DNA from: an uncultured Spirochaetota bacterium
GTDB taxonomy: Bacteria > Spirochaetota > Spirochaetia > SZUA-6 > Fen-1364
NCBI GenBank assembly: GCA_963820525.1
Contig: CAWGAA010000001.1
Span: forward strand, 2,560,001 to 2,624,000
DNA: 64,000 nucleotides
Direction: 5' to 3'
Part shown: piece by piece, positions 38,080 through 46,653 of the stretch
Position numbering within the stretch: the stretch's first letter is position 1
How the letters are laid out: every line of letters begins with the position of its first letter
Made by a program: the position numbers and the translations under genes
Notes under the pieces: generated by a model
Databases searched by the model: none
Seen by the model: the letters and a program-made list of their open reading frames with translations, nothing else
What the model was told of the DNA's origin: nothing

Positions 38080-39474
38080 TCAGCTCCACTTCATGGGGAA
38101 TCCCGGGGGATCCGGGGAAGGGAACACCTTCTCATACGCCGCGCAGGCCTGGAAGAGCCGAGACTCGCCAAAGGCCGGCGCGATGAACTGCATCCCGATG
38201 GGAAGCCCGCCCTCCAGCGCGGCGGGGAAGGAGAGGGCGGGGAGCCCCGCCAGGTTGGCCGAGCAGGTGAAGATATCGGCAAGCTTCTGGGAGAACGGGT
38301 CTGCCTCCGCGCTTCCCCTCTCGAATGCGGGAACCGGGTAGACCGGCATGAGAATGAGGTCCACGGCGGCGAAGGCCTTCTGGAAATCATTGCGGATCGC
38401 GGTTCGCACCTTCTGCGCCTTCAGGTAGTACTGGTCCTGGAAGCCCGAGCGAAGCACATATGTGCCCAAAAGGATGCGCAGCTTCACTTCGTCGCCGAAG
38501 CCCTCGTTGCGCGTGAGAAGCATCATCTGCTCCGGGTTATCGGCCTGGGCCGCACGCGAGCCGTAGCGTACCCCGTCGAAGCGCGCGAGGTTGGCGCTCG
38601 CCTCCGCGGTGGCGATGATGTAGTAGCAGGAAACGACGTGCTCAAGGGTCGGGAGGGTGACTTCCTGGACCGCGAAGCCCAGCTTGCCCAGGGCGGCCTT
38701 CGTGTTCTCCAGGGTCTTCTTCACGTCGGGGTGCATGGGAACCTCGGCGCATTCGCGGGGGACCCCGATGACGATCTTTCCCGCTTTGGAGGCCGGCCGA
38801 GGATCGGCGGGCTGATAGGGCAGCGAGGAGTGATCGAGGGGATCCTGGCTCCGCATCGCGCCGAAGACCTCGGAGGCGGTGGAAACAGTCTTTGCCGCCA
38901 CCCCGATCACTTCGAGTGAGGAGGCATAGGCCACCAAGCCGTAGCGGGAGACCGATCCATAGGTGGGCTTCAGGCCATAGACGCCGCAGAAAGCGGCGGG
39001 CTGCCGGACGGAGCCTCCCGTGTCGGAGCCGAGGGCGAAGGGAACGATTCCCGAGGCGACGGCTGCCGCGGATCCGCCGCTGGACCCCCCGGGCACGCGC
39101 TTGAGGTCCCAGGGGTTGGCGGTCTTTTGGAAGGCCGAGTTCTCGGTGGAGGAGCCCATGCCGAACTCATCCAGGTTGGTTTTTCCAGCTACCACGGCGC
39201 CCGCGGCCTGGAGCCGGGCCACGGCGGTAGCGGTGTAGGGCGACACGAAGGAGCCGAGGATGCGCGAGCCGCAGGTCAACCGGAACGATCGGACGGCGAT
39301 ATTGTCCTTCACTGCGAAGGGCACCCCTGCAAGAAGGCCGGACGCCGCCGAATCTTCACCGCCCAGAGCGGGATCGAACTGGAGAAATGCGCGCACCTTC
39401 TCTTCCCGGGCCAGGGCTTGAGTCTTCCACTTTTCGCTCACTGCCCCGGGCGCCGCGATGCCGTGCCAATCCAT
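38080..39474 (-). CDS. gatA: Glu/Asp-tRNA amidotransferase subunit A
   Basis: VKDN, GKTNLDEFGMGSSTENS, PGGSSGGSA, GSDTGGSVRQPA, NLARFDGVRYG. Confidence 0.96.
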   Translation of the reverse strand: MDWHGIAAPGAVSEKWKTQALAREEKVRAFLQFDPALGGEDSAASGLLAGVPFAVKDNIAVRSFRLTCGSRILGSFVSPYTATAVARLQAAGAVVAGKTNLDEFGMGSSTENSAFQKTANPWDLKRVPGGSSGGSAAAVASGIVPFALGSDTGGSVRQPAAFCGVYGLKPTYGSVSRYGLVAYASSLEVIGVAAKTVSTASEVFGAMRSQDPLDHSSLPYQPADPRPASKAGKIVIGVPRECAEVPMHPDVKKTLENTKAALGKLGFAVQEVTLPTLEHVVSCYYIIATAEASANLARFDGVRYGSRAAQADNPEQMMLLTRNEGFGDEVKLRILLGTYVLRSGFQDQYYLKAQKVRTAIRNDFQKAFAAVDLILMPVYPVPAFERGSAEADPFSQKLADIFTCSANLAGLPALSFPAALEGGLPIGMQFIAPAFGESRLFQACAAYEKVFPSPDPPGFPMKWS

Positions 39475-39481
39475 AGGACCT

Positions 39482-39760
39482 CTATAATACGTTGGGGATG
39501 ACGATGAAGCGGTCTTCCCGCTGGGGAGCGTTATCGAGAAGCCGGTCGGTATCGACGCCGGCTGACTCCCTGTCTTCTCGGAGCCGGTTTTCCTTCAAGA
39601 GGGCATGTGTCGTGGGTTGGAGCGCCTCGACATCGAGGCTCCTCATGTGAGAGAAGTAGCCCAGCATCTGTTCGACGGCCTGCCGGAGCTTCTCCACCTC
39701 ATGCGGCTTCAGAGAGAGTCGCGCCATGCGGGCGGTAGTGTACAGCTCCTCGGCATCCAT
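39482..39760 (-). CDS. gatC: Glu/Asp-tRNA amidotransferase subunit C
   Basis: ARMARL, LRED, LLDNAP, FIVIPNVL. Position directly before gatA. Confidence 0.9.
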   Translation of the reverse strand: MDAEELYTTARMARLSLKPHEVEKLRQAVEQMLGYFSHMRSLDVEALQPTTHALLKENRLREDRESAGVDTDRLLDNAPQREDRFIVIPNVL

Positions 39761-39768
39761 GGCAGAGC

Positions 39769-39797
39769 ATTAAACCCGGAGCCCAGCGCCATGTCAA
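39769..39797 (-). promoter_or_regulatory. Putative sigma70 promoter of the gatCAB-aspS operon
   Basis: Minus strand TTGACA-17 bp-TTTAAT, ending 8 nt before the gatC ATG. Confidence 0.6.
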
Positions 39798-40032
39798 GGC
39801 GCCGGAAGCGCTCGGGATCTTACGGAAGGAGCTTGACGGAGAGAATGGCGATATTTTACATTATTGAAGGGATATCGAGGCTTCTCCTGTCGGGCGGAGA
39901 CTTTCTCTGGCGTTCAAAGCCGCTATTATCCAAGGAATACTCCGTTCTCGACCGTCATCGGTGTAAAAAAAATTTGACGGTAGAGAAGAGCATGGTACAA
40001 TACGGCAACCAAACCAAGAGCGAGGAATGTGA

Positions 40033-41454
40033 GTGGTCAAAAAGGATTTCCCGAGGGTTCACTTCTACGATCGAGAGCTGGTAGGGCTCTACGACGAGAC
40101 CTGGACGCTCATGAAGGACTACTGGAAGAAGGGCACCCAGAGAAACGGATTCGCCTCCCGCTATTTCAATCACCCCGACAGCACGATGATCAATCAGTTC
40201 GAGGCATGCTTCGCCACCTTCTTCCTCGTGTACTCCAACCGCATCTTCCCCGTGCTTTCCCTGCTGGACAACTTCTACGGCAAGCAGGAGGACTCCGGCG
40301 CGATCAGGGGGGAGTACAGCGAAGAGGATGGAAGGCCGCTGCACCGGCGCGACAACCCCAAGGGAATCCTCCCTCCGCTTTTCGCCTGGGCCGAGCATAA
40401 CATCTATCACAAGCTTGGGGCGAAGAAGCGAATCCGGGACGTTCTTCCAACCCTCGAGCGCTACTACCAGTGGATAGAGGATACCTTCAAGCTGGAAAAC
40501 GGCCTGTTCTCGGTCCCCCTTTCCGCCACGATGATGGACAATTCTCCCCGGGAAGACATGCACTTCCCCATCGACTTCAACTCCCAGATGGCGCTCTTCG
40601 CCTACTACATGTCGGAGCTCGCCGACATCATCAACGACAAGGAAACCAACTACAAGTACAGGAAGAGCTACTTCTCGCTGAAGACAAAGATCAACTCCCT
40701 GATGTGGGACGAGAGGGACGGCTTCTACTACGATCTGGACGCACGGGAGAAACGGCTGCGCGTCAAGACGATCGCCTCGTTCTGGCCCCTGATTGCCGAG
40801 ATTCCCAACGAAGCCAGGGGAGAGAGGCTCATCGACCACCTGGTGGATCCCCACGAGTTCGGGATCGAGAATCCCTTCCCGACCCTGGCAGTGAAGGACA
40901 AGCACTTCGACCCCATCGGGATGGGCTACCGCGGCTCGGTGTTTCCGCCCTTCAACTATATGGTCATCAAGGGCCTGGAGAAATACAAGAGGTTCGACCT
41001 CGCCCGCGAGTTCGCCATCCGCCACCTCTACTACGTTCTGGACGGGCTCTACCCGAATAACGGCAAGAAGGGTTCCCTCTTCGAAGCCTATGCGCCCCAA
41101 ACCGAGGGTCCCGCAAAGTGGCCGGGGAAAAGGGGCTTCCCGAGGTCCATGTTCCTCCCCTCCACCGCCATTTCAACGGTTTCCCTCATGATGGAGAACA
41201 TCATCGGGCTGGACATTTCCCTGCCGAGGAAGACGGTGGATTGGACCATCCCCACCCTCGAGATGATGGGAATCGAGGACCTGGCGCTGAAGAGGAACCT
41301 CATCACCATTCTGAGCAGCAAGAGCACGAGGGGCTGGGAGATACATCTGGAGAGCGAAAAGCTCTACTACCTCACGATCGACCTGTTCGGGGCGAAAAAC
41401 AAGACCCTCCCCATCCCTTCAGGCAAGTGCTCCATCCTGGTGGACAAGATATAG
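40033..41454 (+). CDS. GH63/MGH1-like (alpha/alpha)6 glycoside hydrolase (trehalase-like family)
   Basis: PPLFAWAE, MDNSPR, MWDERDGFYYD, YRGSVFPPFNYMVIKGL, FEAY. Confidence 0.75.
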   Translation: MVKKDFPRVHFYDRELVGLYDETWTLMKDYWKKGTQRNGFASRYFNHPDSTMINQFEACFATFFLVYSNRIFPVLSLLDNFYGKQEDSGAIRGEYSEEDGRPLHRRDNPKGILPPLFAWAEHNIYHKLGAKKRIRDVLPTLERYYQWIEDTFKLENGLFSVPLSATMMDNSPREDMHFPIDFNSQMALFAYYMSELADIINDKETNYKYRKSYFSLKTKINSLMWDERDGFYYDLDAREKRLRVKTIASFWPLIAEIPNEARGERLIDHLVDPHEFGIENPFPTLAVKDKHFDPIGMGYRGSVFPPFNYMVIKGLEKYKRFDLAREFAIRHLYYVLDGLYPNNGKKGSLFEAYAPQTEGPAKWPGKRGFPRSMFLPSTAISTVSLMMENIIGLDISLPRKTVDWTIPTLEMMGIEDLALKRNLITILSSKSTRGWEIHLESEKLYYLTIDLFGAKNKTLPIPSGKCSILVDKI

Positions 41455-41469
41455 CACACGGGCTCTCGA

Positions 41470-42057
41470 TTATAAGAGACTTCGCCCCTTGAACGACCGG
41501 GAGAGGGTCTGCTTGTCGGCAAATTCGAGGTCCCCCCCGACGGGAAGACCGAAAGCGATCCGTGAGACCTTGGCCCCGGTATCCTTGAGCGCCTTCACGA
41601 GATAGAGGGCCGTGGTTTCGCCCTCAACCGTAGGATTGGTGGCGACGATCACTTCCCTGACCGCGCCCCTCCGCACCCTTTCGATGAGACTGGAAATCCG
41701 AAGCTCACCCGGTCCGACGCCGTCGATCGGGGAGATGGCTCCCATGAGCACATGGTAGAGGCCGTGGTACTCGCGGATGGATTCAATGGTGAGCACGTCC
41801 TTGGGCTCCTCCACCACGCAGATCTGGCCCGCGTCCCTGCTCTTATCCGTGCAGATCCCGCAGGGATCGATGTCGGTATATGTTCCGCATACGCTGCACG
41901 GGCGGATGGTCTGCTTGAGGCTTGCGATATCTTCGGCGAGCGAGCGCGCCAGGGACTCGTCGGCTCGAAGCAGGTAGTAGGCGATTCGAGAGGCGCTCTT
42001 TCTCCCCAGGCCGGGCAGGCGGGTGAGGTGTCCGATCAGCCTCTCCAGGGCGTTCAC
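41470..42057 (-). CDS. recR: Recombination mediator RecR
   Basis: LPGLGRKSA HhH motif, C4 zinc finger, ICVVEE, ATNPTVEGETTA. Confidence 0.97.
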   Translation of the reverse strand: MNALERLIGHLTRLPGLGRKSASRIAYYLLRADESLARSLAEDIASLKQTIRPCSVCGTYTDIDPCGICTDKSRDAGQICVVEEPKDVLTIESIREYHGLYHVLMGAISPIDGVGPGELRISSLIERVRRGAVREVIVATNPTVEGETTALYLVKALKDTGAKVSRIAFGLPVGGDLEFADKQTLSRSFKGRSLL

Positions 42058-42059
42058 GG

Positions 42060-42380
42060 CTACAAGCCCAGAAGCCCCGGGGGAAGATCCAGCCCCGTGA
42101 ACTGGGACATCTCTTCCTTGAGCTTTTCCTTGAGCCTTTCCAGGGTGTCGGTGAGGGCCGCAAGCACGAGGTCTTCCAGCATCCTGATGTCCTTCTGATC
42201 CACAGCCTCGGGCGAAATGGCCACCTTCTCCACGCTCATCTGCCCGTTCATCTCGATCGTGACCAGACCTCCGCCCGCGGAGCCGCTGACCTTCAGGGAG
42301 CGGAGCTTCTCCTGGATCTCTCCCATACGGGCCTGGAGGTTCTGCAACTGCTTCAGCATATCAAAGGGGTTGATTGCCAT
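42060..42380 (-). CDS. ybaB: YbaB/EbfC nucleoid-associated protein
   Basis: GSAGGGLV, MLEDLVLAA. Located between dnaX and recR. Confidence 0.93.
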   Translation of the reverse strand: MAINPFDMLKQLQNLQARMGEIQEKLRSLKVSGSAGGGLVTIEMNGQMSVEKVAISPEAVDQKDIRMLEDLVLAALTDTLERLKEKLKEEMSQFTGLDLPPGLLGL

Positions 42381-43911
42381 GCCCCTCTCCTTTCACGACT
42401 TCTCCGCGAAAGACATTGCGGAGAAGATCCACACGAGGGTCGGGTACCACGACATCCGATTTGGCCTCCTGGAAGCTGACCTTGACCTTCACGGCCTTTC
42501 CGATGAGCTGGGAAACCCGCTCGCTCACGAGCTCCCTCTCCCTCATGATCTGCTCCCCCGCGAAGCGGTCCCGCGCAAGGAAGCCGAGCTCGAGCTCCGT
42601 ATCCGTGAAGACGGCGGATACGGCTTTTTCCAGCCATGAGGAGATCGACGGCTTCTCCCGACGGAAGCCCTCGCACAGCCGCTTCACGATCTCGCCGGCG
42701 TCGGGATTCTCCGCCTGTCGCCGGACAGCCGCCGGCTGGGCCCGGGCAGCCGCTTTCACTCCCGGAGTGGACACGATCTCGCCCTTGATCTTCGCCAGGG
42801 CTTCCCGTATCTCGGACGGGGAGATCATCCTGTCCAGCTCCACGAGCCGCGAGACGGCGAGCTCCAGCTCGAAGCGCTGGTTGAGCGAAAAACGGATGTT
42901 TCTATAGAGGGCCAAGAGGAGCTCAATCGCCTTTTCGATCTGGGGAGCCGACAGGGACTCGAGCACTCCGGCATCGAAGTCCTCGGCCGCGTATCCAAGG
43001 AGAGTATCCCGTGTGATTCCGCTCTTGATGAAGAGGAGGTTCCTGAAATACTCGCAGAGGTCTGCGACGAACTGCTCTATGGAGACGCCGGAGGCGAGAA
43101 CCTGATCGAGCCTCTCGAAGACCTTCCCCACATCGCCCGAACGCAAGAGGCGCGCCAGCTCGTTCATCTCGTCGATGCCGAGGACACCGAGCTTTTCCCT
43201 GATGTTCTCCAGGGTGATGGTGCCGGCGGAGAACGAGACGATCTGGTCGAGGAGCGTATAAGCGTCGCGGAGGCTTCCCGTCGCCTCCTTGGCTATCCAG
43301 GTGAGAGCCCTTTCCTCGGATTTCACGCCGAGCTCTCCCGCCGCCTCCCGGAGCTTTTCCTTGATCTCCGCCGTGGAGATGAGGCGGAAGTTGTACTGCT
43401 GGCAGCGGGAGCGGATCGTTGCGGGGACCTTGTGCACCTCGGTGGTGGCGAAAATGAACACGATGTACGGCGGAGGCTCTTCGATGGTTTTCAAAAGCGC
43501 GTTGAAAGCGCTGTTGGAAAGCATATGGACTTCATCGATGATATAGATCTTGTGCCGGGCGCTGTTGGGAGCGAAGAGGACCTCGTCGCGGATCTCCCGC
43601 ACGTCGTTCACGCTCGTGTTGGAGGCCCCATCGATCTCGATCACGTCCAGCGAGGAGCTGTGCGCGATCTCCTGACACGCGGGGCACGTTCCACAGGGCT
43701 TCTCCGTCGGGCCTTTTTCGCAATTCAGCGCCTTGGCGAGGATCCGCGCCACAGAGGTTTTTCCCACCCCCCGGGGGCCGGCAAAGAGGTACGCGTGGGC
43801 GATCCGTCCCTGCGCGATAGAACTGCGCAGGGTGGCTGCCACGAACTCCTGCCCGACGAGGTCGTCGAAGGTTTGAGGTCTCTTTCGAGTCGCGGTGACT
43901 TCGTACGGCAT
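42361..43911 (-). CDS. dnaX: DNA polymerase III gamma/tau
   Basis: RPQTFDDLVGQ, GPRGVGKT, IIDEVHMLS, FNALLKTIEEPP, SRCQ. Confidence 0.97.
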   Translation of the reverse strand: MPYEVTATRKRPQTFDDLVGQEFVAATLRSSIAQGRIAHAYLFAGPRGVGKTSVARILAKALNCEKGPTEKPCGTCPACQEIAHSSSLDVIEIDGASNTSVNDVREIRDEVLFAPNSARHKIYIIDEVHMLSNSAFNALLKTIEEPPPYIVFIFATTEVHKVPATIRSRCQQYNFRLISTAEIKEKLREAAGELGVKSEERALTWIAKEATGSLRDAYTLLDQIVSFSAGTITLENIREKLGVLGIDEMNELARLLRSGDVGKVFERLDQVLASGVSIEQFVADLCEYFRNLLFIKSGITRDTLLGYAAEDFDAGVLESLSAPQIEKAIELLLALYRNIRFSLNQRFELELAVSRLVELDRMISPSEIREALAKIKGEIVSTPGVKAAARAQPAAVRRQAENPDAGEIVKRLCEGFRREKPSISSWLEKAVSAVFTDTELELGFLARDRFAGEQIMRERELVSERVSQLIGKAVKVKVSFQEAKSDVVVPDPRVDLLRNVFRGEVVKGEGHGNQPL

Positions 43912-43925
43912 AGGCTCAGTGAAAA

Positions 43926-44054
43926 AACCCCTTTAGCTCCATTCAAGCCGAGTACGGCTCATGAGCACGCTGCTTACCGCTGCTACCTTCCGGTCCTGAC
44001 GGGGTTAGGCAGCAGCTCATAGCGTATGACCTGGATATCATCGCTAAAGGGGTT
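43926..44054 (-). ncRNA. ffs: Signal recognition particle RNA (4.5S type)
   Basis: Minus strand TCAGGACCGGAAGGTAGCAGC domain-IV motif inside a long hairpin closed by AACCCCTTTAGC/GCTAAAGGGGTT. Lies upstream of dnaX. Confidence 0.92.
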
Positions 44055-44056
44055 AG

Positions 44057-44143
44057 CGGAGAGAGTGGGATTCGAACCCACGGTACCCTTACGAGTACAC
44101 ACGCCTTCCAAGCGTGCACCTTCGGCCACTCGGTCATCTCTCC
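44057..44143 (-). tRNA. tRNA-Ser(GGA)
   Basis: Anticodon arm CACGC-TTGGAAG-GCGTG, long variable arm, GGTTCGAATCC. CCA not encoded. Confidence 0.95.
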
Positions 44144-44235
44144 CAGGGCCGTGAACGGCCCGCGGCCGGCAAAACCCCGCTGCCGCTTGCTGGAGCAAGC
44201 ACATCGGATGGCGGAAGCCGGTCAAGCTCACACAT

Positions 44236-44322
44236 CGGAGAGAGTGGGATTCGAACCCACGGAGCCGCAAGCGGCTCAACGGTTTTCGAGACCGCCCGAT
44301 TCGACCGCTCTCGCATCTCTCC
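44236..44322 (-). tRNA. tRNA-Ser(CGA)
   Basis: Anticodon arm GCGGT-CTCGAAA-ACCGT, long variable arm. Confidence 0.95.
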
Positions 44323-44348
44323 CAAAGGTCGTCCGAAGCCGACCGATC

Positions 44349-44423
44349 CGTGCCCAAGAGGATTCGAACCTCCGACCTTTAGATCCGCAGTCTAATGCTC
44401 TATCCAGGCTGAGCTATGGGCAC
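44349..44423 (-). tRNA. tRNA-Arg(GCG)
   Basis: GTGCCCA acceptor stem, anticodon arm TTAGA-CTGCGGA-TCTAA, GGTTCGAATCC. Confidence 0.93.
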
Positions 44424-44427
44424 AAAA

Positions 44428-44514
44428 CGGAGAGGAGGGGATTCGAACCCCTGATACCCTTACGAGTATAACGCCTTAGCAGGGCGCCCGATTCGACCAC
44501 TCTCGCACCTCTCC
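44428..44514 (-). tRNA. tRNA-Ser(GCT)
   Basis: Anticodon arm GCGCC-CTGCTAA-GGCGT, long variable arm. Confidence 0.95.
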
Positions 44515-44597
44515 AATTCAGGATCCCTTGCGTCGCCGGAAGGCCGCCGCGACTGCTCACTCGATCGCACGACTCATCGCGGCGCGGGGAAAGTGAC

Positions 44598-44685
44598 CGG
44601 AGAGGGAGGGATTCGAACCCCCGGAACCGCAGAGCGGCTCAACGGTTTTCAAGACCGCCTCCTTCGACCACTCGGACACCTCTCC
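44598..44685 (-). tRNA. tRNA-Ser(TGA)
   Basis: Anticodon arm GCGGT-CTTGAAA-ACCGT, long variable arm. Confidence 0.95.
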
Positions 44686-44711
44686 CGGAATACCACGTAC
44701 TGGCGCGATTA

Positions 44712-44740
44712 ACTATACTCAGCGACTGTGGCTTTGTCAA
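44712..44740 (-). promoter_or_regulatory. Sigma70 promoter of the tRNA/SRP cluster
   Basis: Minus strand TTGACA-17 bp-TATAGT. Confidence 0.8.
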
Positions 44741-44788
44741 TAAAAGCGAGGTTCCGGCTGCCGTTTCGATGCGCCGCTCGGCGCAGAC

Positions 44789-45670
44789 TCACTTCTTTCC
44801 CGATAGAATCTCGATCACTCTTTCCAAATCCTCTGATGAAAAATAGGAAATTTCGATTTTGCCCTTGGCAGAGGTTCCCCTGATCTCCACTTTCGTCCCC
44901 AGCCGCTCGATGAGGCTCTCCTCGATCTCGTGGATCTCGGGCTCCCGGGCGTTTCGATCGGATTGAGAGCCGCCCTTCGCGCTCTTTCCCGCGGCCTTCT
45001 TTCCCCTGTTGAGGCTCGCCGCCATCTGCTCCGCTTCGCGCACGGAGATGCCCCGCTCGAGGATCCGCTTGAAAAGCAGCCGCTGATCCGAAGGGTTCAA
45101 CGACATGAGGATGGCGCGGGCATGCCCGGGGCTCATGTCCCCCTTGTCCACCGCTTCCTGCATCTCTGGGTCAAGCTTGAGCAGCCGCAAGCTGTTGGCC
45201 ACCGTCGAGCGGTCCTTGCCGACCTGGGCCGCGACCTCCTCCTGGCTCAACCCCGCGGATTCCATGAGCTTTCTGTATGCCTGGGCTTCCTCGATCGGCG
45301 TCAGGTCCTCTCTCTGGATGTTCTCGATGAGGGCGATCTCCAACTTTTCGCGGTCGTTGAACTGCCTGACGATGACGGGGATCTTCTCCAGGCCGGCCAT
45401 CCGGGCGGCGCGCACGCGCCGTTCGCCGGCGATGATCGTGTAGGCACCATCCTGAGCCGCCTCCACGAGCACGGGCTGGAGCACCCCCTTCTTCCGGATC
45501 GAGTCGGCAAGCTCGGAGAGGGCCGCTTCCGAAAAATCGCGCCTGGGCTGATCGGGGTTGGGTGCGAGGGCGGAGAGAGCCGCCTCCGTGACGCCCGAGG
45601 CTTCTCTCTTCTGCCCTTCCTCGGTCGGGATGAGAGCGCCGATCCCTTTGCCGAGAGCCCGCTTAGACAT
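44789..45670 (-). CDS. parB: Chromosome partition protein ParB/Spo0J
   Basis: ALGKGIGALI, NPDQPRR, IIAGERRVRAA, ENIQREDL, HTH (GKDRSTVAN). Confidence 0.96.
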   Translation of the reverse strand: MSKRALGKGIGALIPTEEGQKREASGVTEAALSALAPNPDQPRRDFSEAALSELADSIRKKGVLQPVLVEAAQDGAYTIIAGERRVRAARMAGLEKIPVIVRQFNDREKLEIALIENIQREDLTPIEEAQAYRKLMESAGLSQEEVAAQVGKDRSTVANSLRLLKLDPEMQEAVDKGDMSPGHARAILMSLNPSDQRLLFKRILERGISVREAEQMAASLNRGKKAAGKSAKGGSQSDRNAREPEIHEIEESLIERLGTKVEIRGTSAKGKIEISYFSSEDLERVIEILSGKK

Positions 45671-46418
45671 TGAGGAGCACCTCCTCGGCGAGCTTCTGGT
45701 AGCTCTTGGCCCCGATGCACTCGGGATCGTACTGGTTGATCGGCTTTGCGAAGGAGGGGGCCTCGCTCAAACGGACATTCCGCGGGATGATGGTATGGAA
45801 GACTTTCTCCTTGAAATATCCCGTCACTTCCTGAACCACCTCATGCGCCAGCCGGGTCCGCATGTCGTACATCGTAAAGAGTATCCCCCCGATCTTCAAT
45901 TGGGGATTGAGGCTCTTTTGAACCTGGTTGATGGTCTGAAGGAGAAGGCTCAAACCCTCCAGCGCGAAGTACTCGCACTGGAGGGGGATGATGACGAAGT
46001 CCGCGGCTACCAGGCCGTTGAGGGTGAGGATTCCCAGGGAAGGCGGGCTGTCGATGAAGATATAATCGAAGCGGTCATGGATCTTATCCATCGCCTTCTT
46101 GAGGAAGAACTCCCTTTCAGCCTGGTCCACGAGCTCGATCGTCGCGCCAGTGAGGTTGATGCTGGATGGGATTATCGAAAGCCCTGGAACAGAGCATGCC
46201 TGAATGGCTGAGATGGGATCGGCCTTGCCGGTGATCACCTCGTAGATGCCGGGAAGGTTCTTGTCCGCCCCGACGCTGCTTGTCGTATTGCTCTGGGAGT
46301 CGAAATCGACCAGGAGAACACGCTTTCCCACATCTGCCAGATAGGCGCCGAGGTTGACGGCGGTAGTAGTTTTGCCCACACCTCCCTTTTGATTCGCAAA
46401 AACGATAATCTTAGCCAT
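45663..46418 (-). CDS. parA: Chromosome partition ATPase ParA/Soj
   Basis: NQKGGVGKTT, DSPPSLG, QCEYFALEG, IPRNVRLSEAPS. Confidence 0.96.
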   Translation of the reverse strand: MAKIIVFANQKGGVGKTTTAVNLGAYLADVGKRVLLVDFDSQSNTTSSVGADKNLPGIYEVITGKADPISAIQACSVPGLSIIPSSINLTGATIELVDQAEREFFLKKAMDKIHDRFDYIFIDSPPSLGILTLNGLVAADFVIIPLQCEYFALEGLSLLLQTINQVQKSLNPQLKIGGILFTMYDMRTRLAHEVVQEVTGYFKEKVFHTIIPRNVRLSEAPSFAKPINQYDPECIGAKSYQKLAEEVLLNV

Positions 46419-46653
46419 TCTCTTATGGATACCCGATTTTCAAAGTGCATGCAAGGCTGCTCCAGATCCGAGGGTCTGACCGTGAAAAGATTTTGGAGAA
46501 AAGAAATATAATGGATAAAAAACGCGGTATCTTTGCCTAGAAAACACGAATCGGAATAAAAAAACCACAAAACGCTTGCGCGCGGGCGATTTGTGCTGTA
46601 TAAAAAATCCCGGCTCACAAGAGAGACGCTTTGCATTCGGGAGGGGAATCAAA

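Noticed and set aside
42361..43911. Programmed frameshift in dnaX
   Set aside because: No A-AAA-AAG heptamer or long A run was seen in the coding strand.
44598..44685. tRNA-Sec or suppressor tRNA
   Set aside because: The anticodon is TGA, which reads UCA (Ser), not TCA. The acceptor stem is the normal 7 bp.
44057..44685. Integrative element at the tRNA cluster
   Set aside because: No integrase, transposase or duplicated tRNA 3' end was seen in the window.
46419..46653. NrdR boxes upstream of nrdD
   Set aside because: The region is AT-rich, but the best candidate (CCACAAAACGCTTGCG) is too far from the palindromic consensus.
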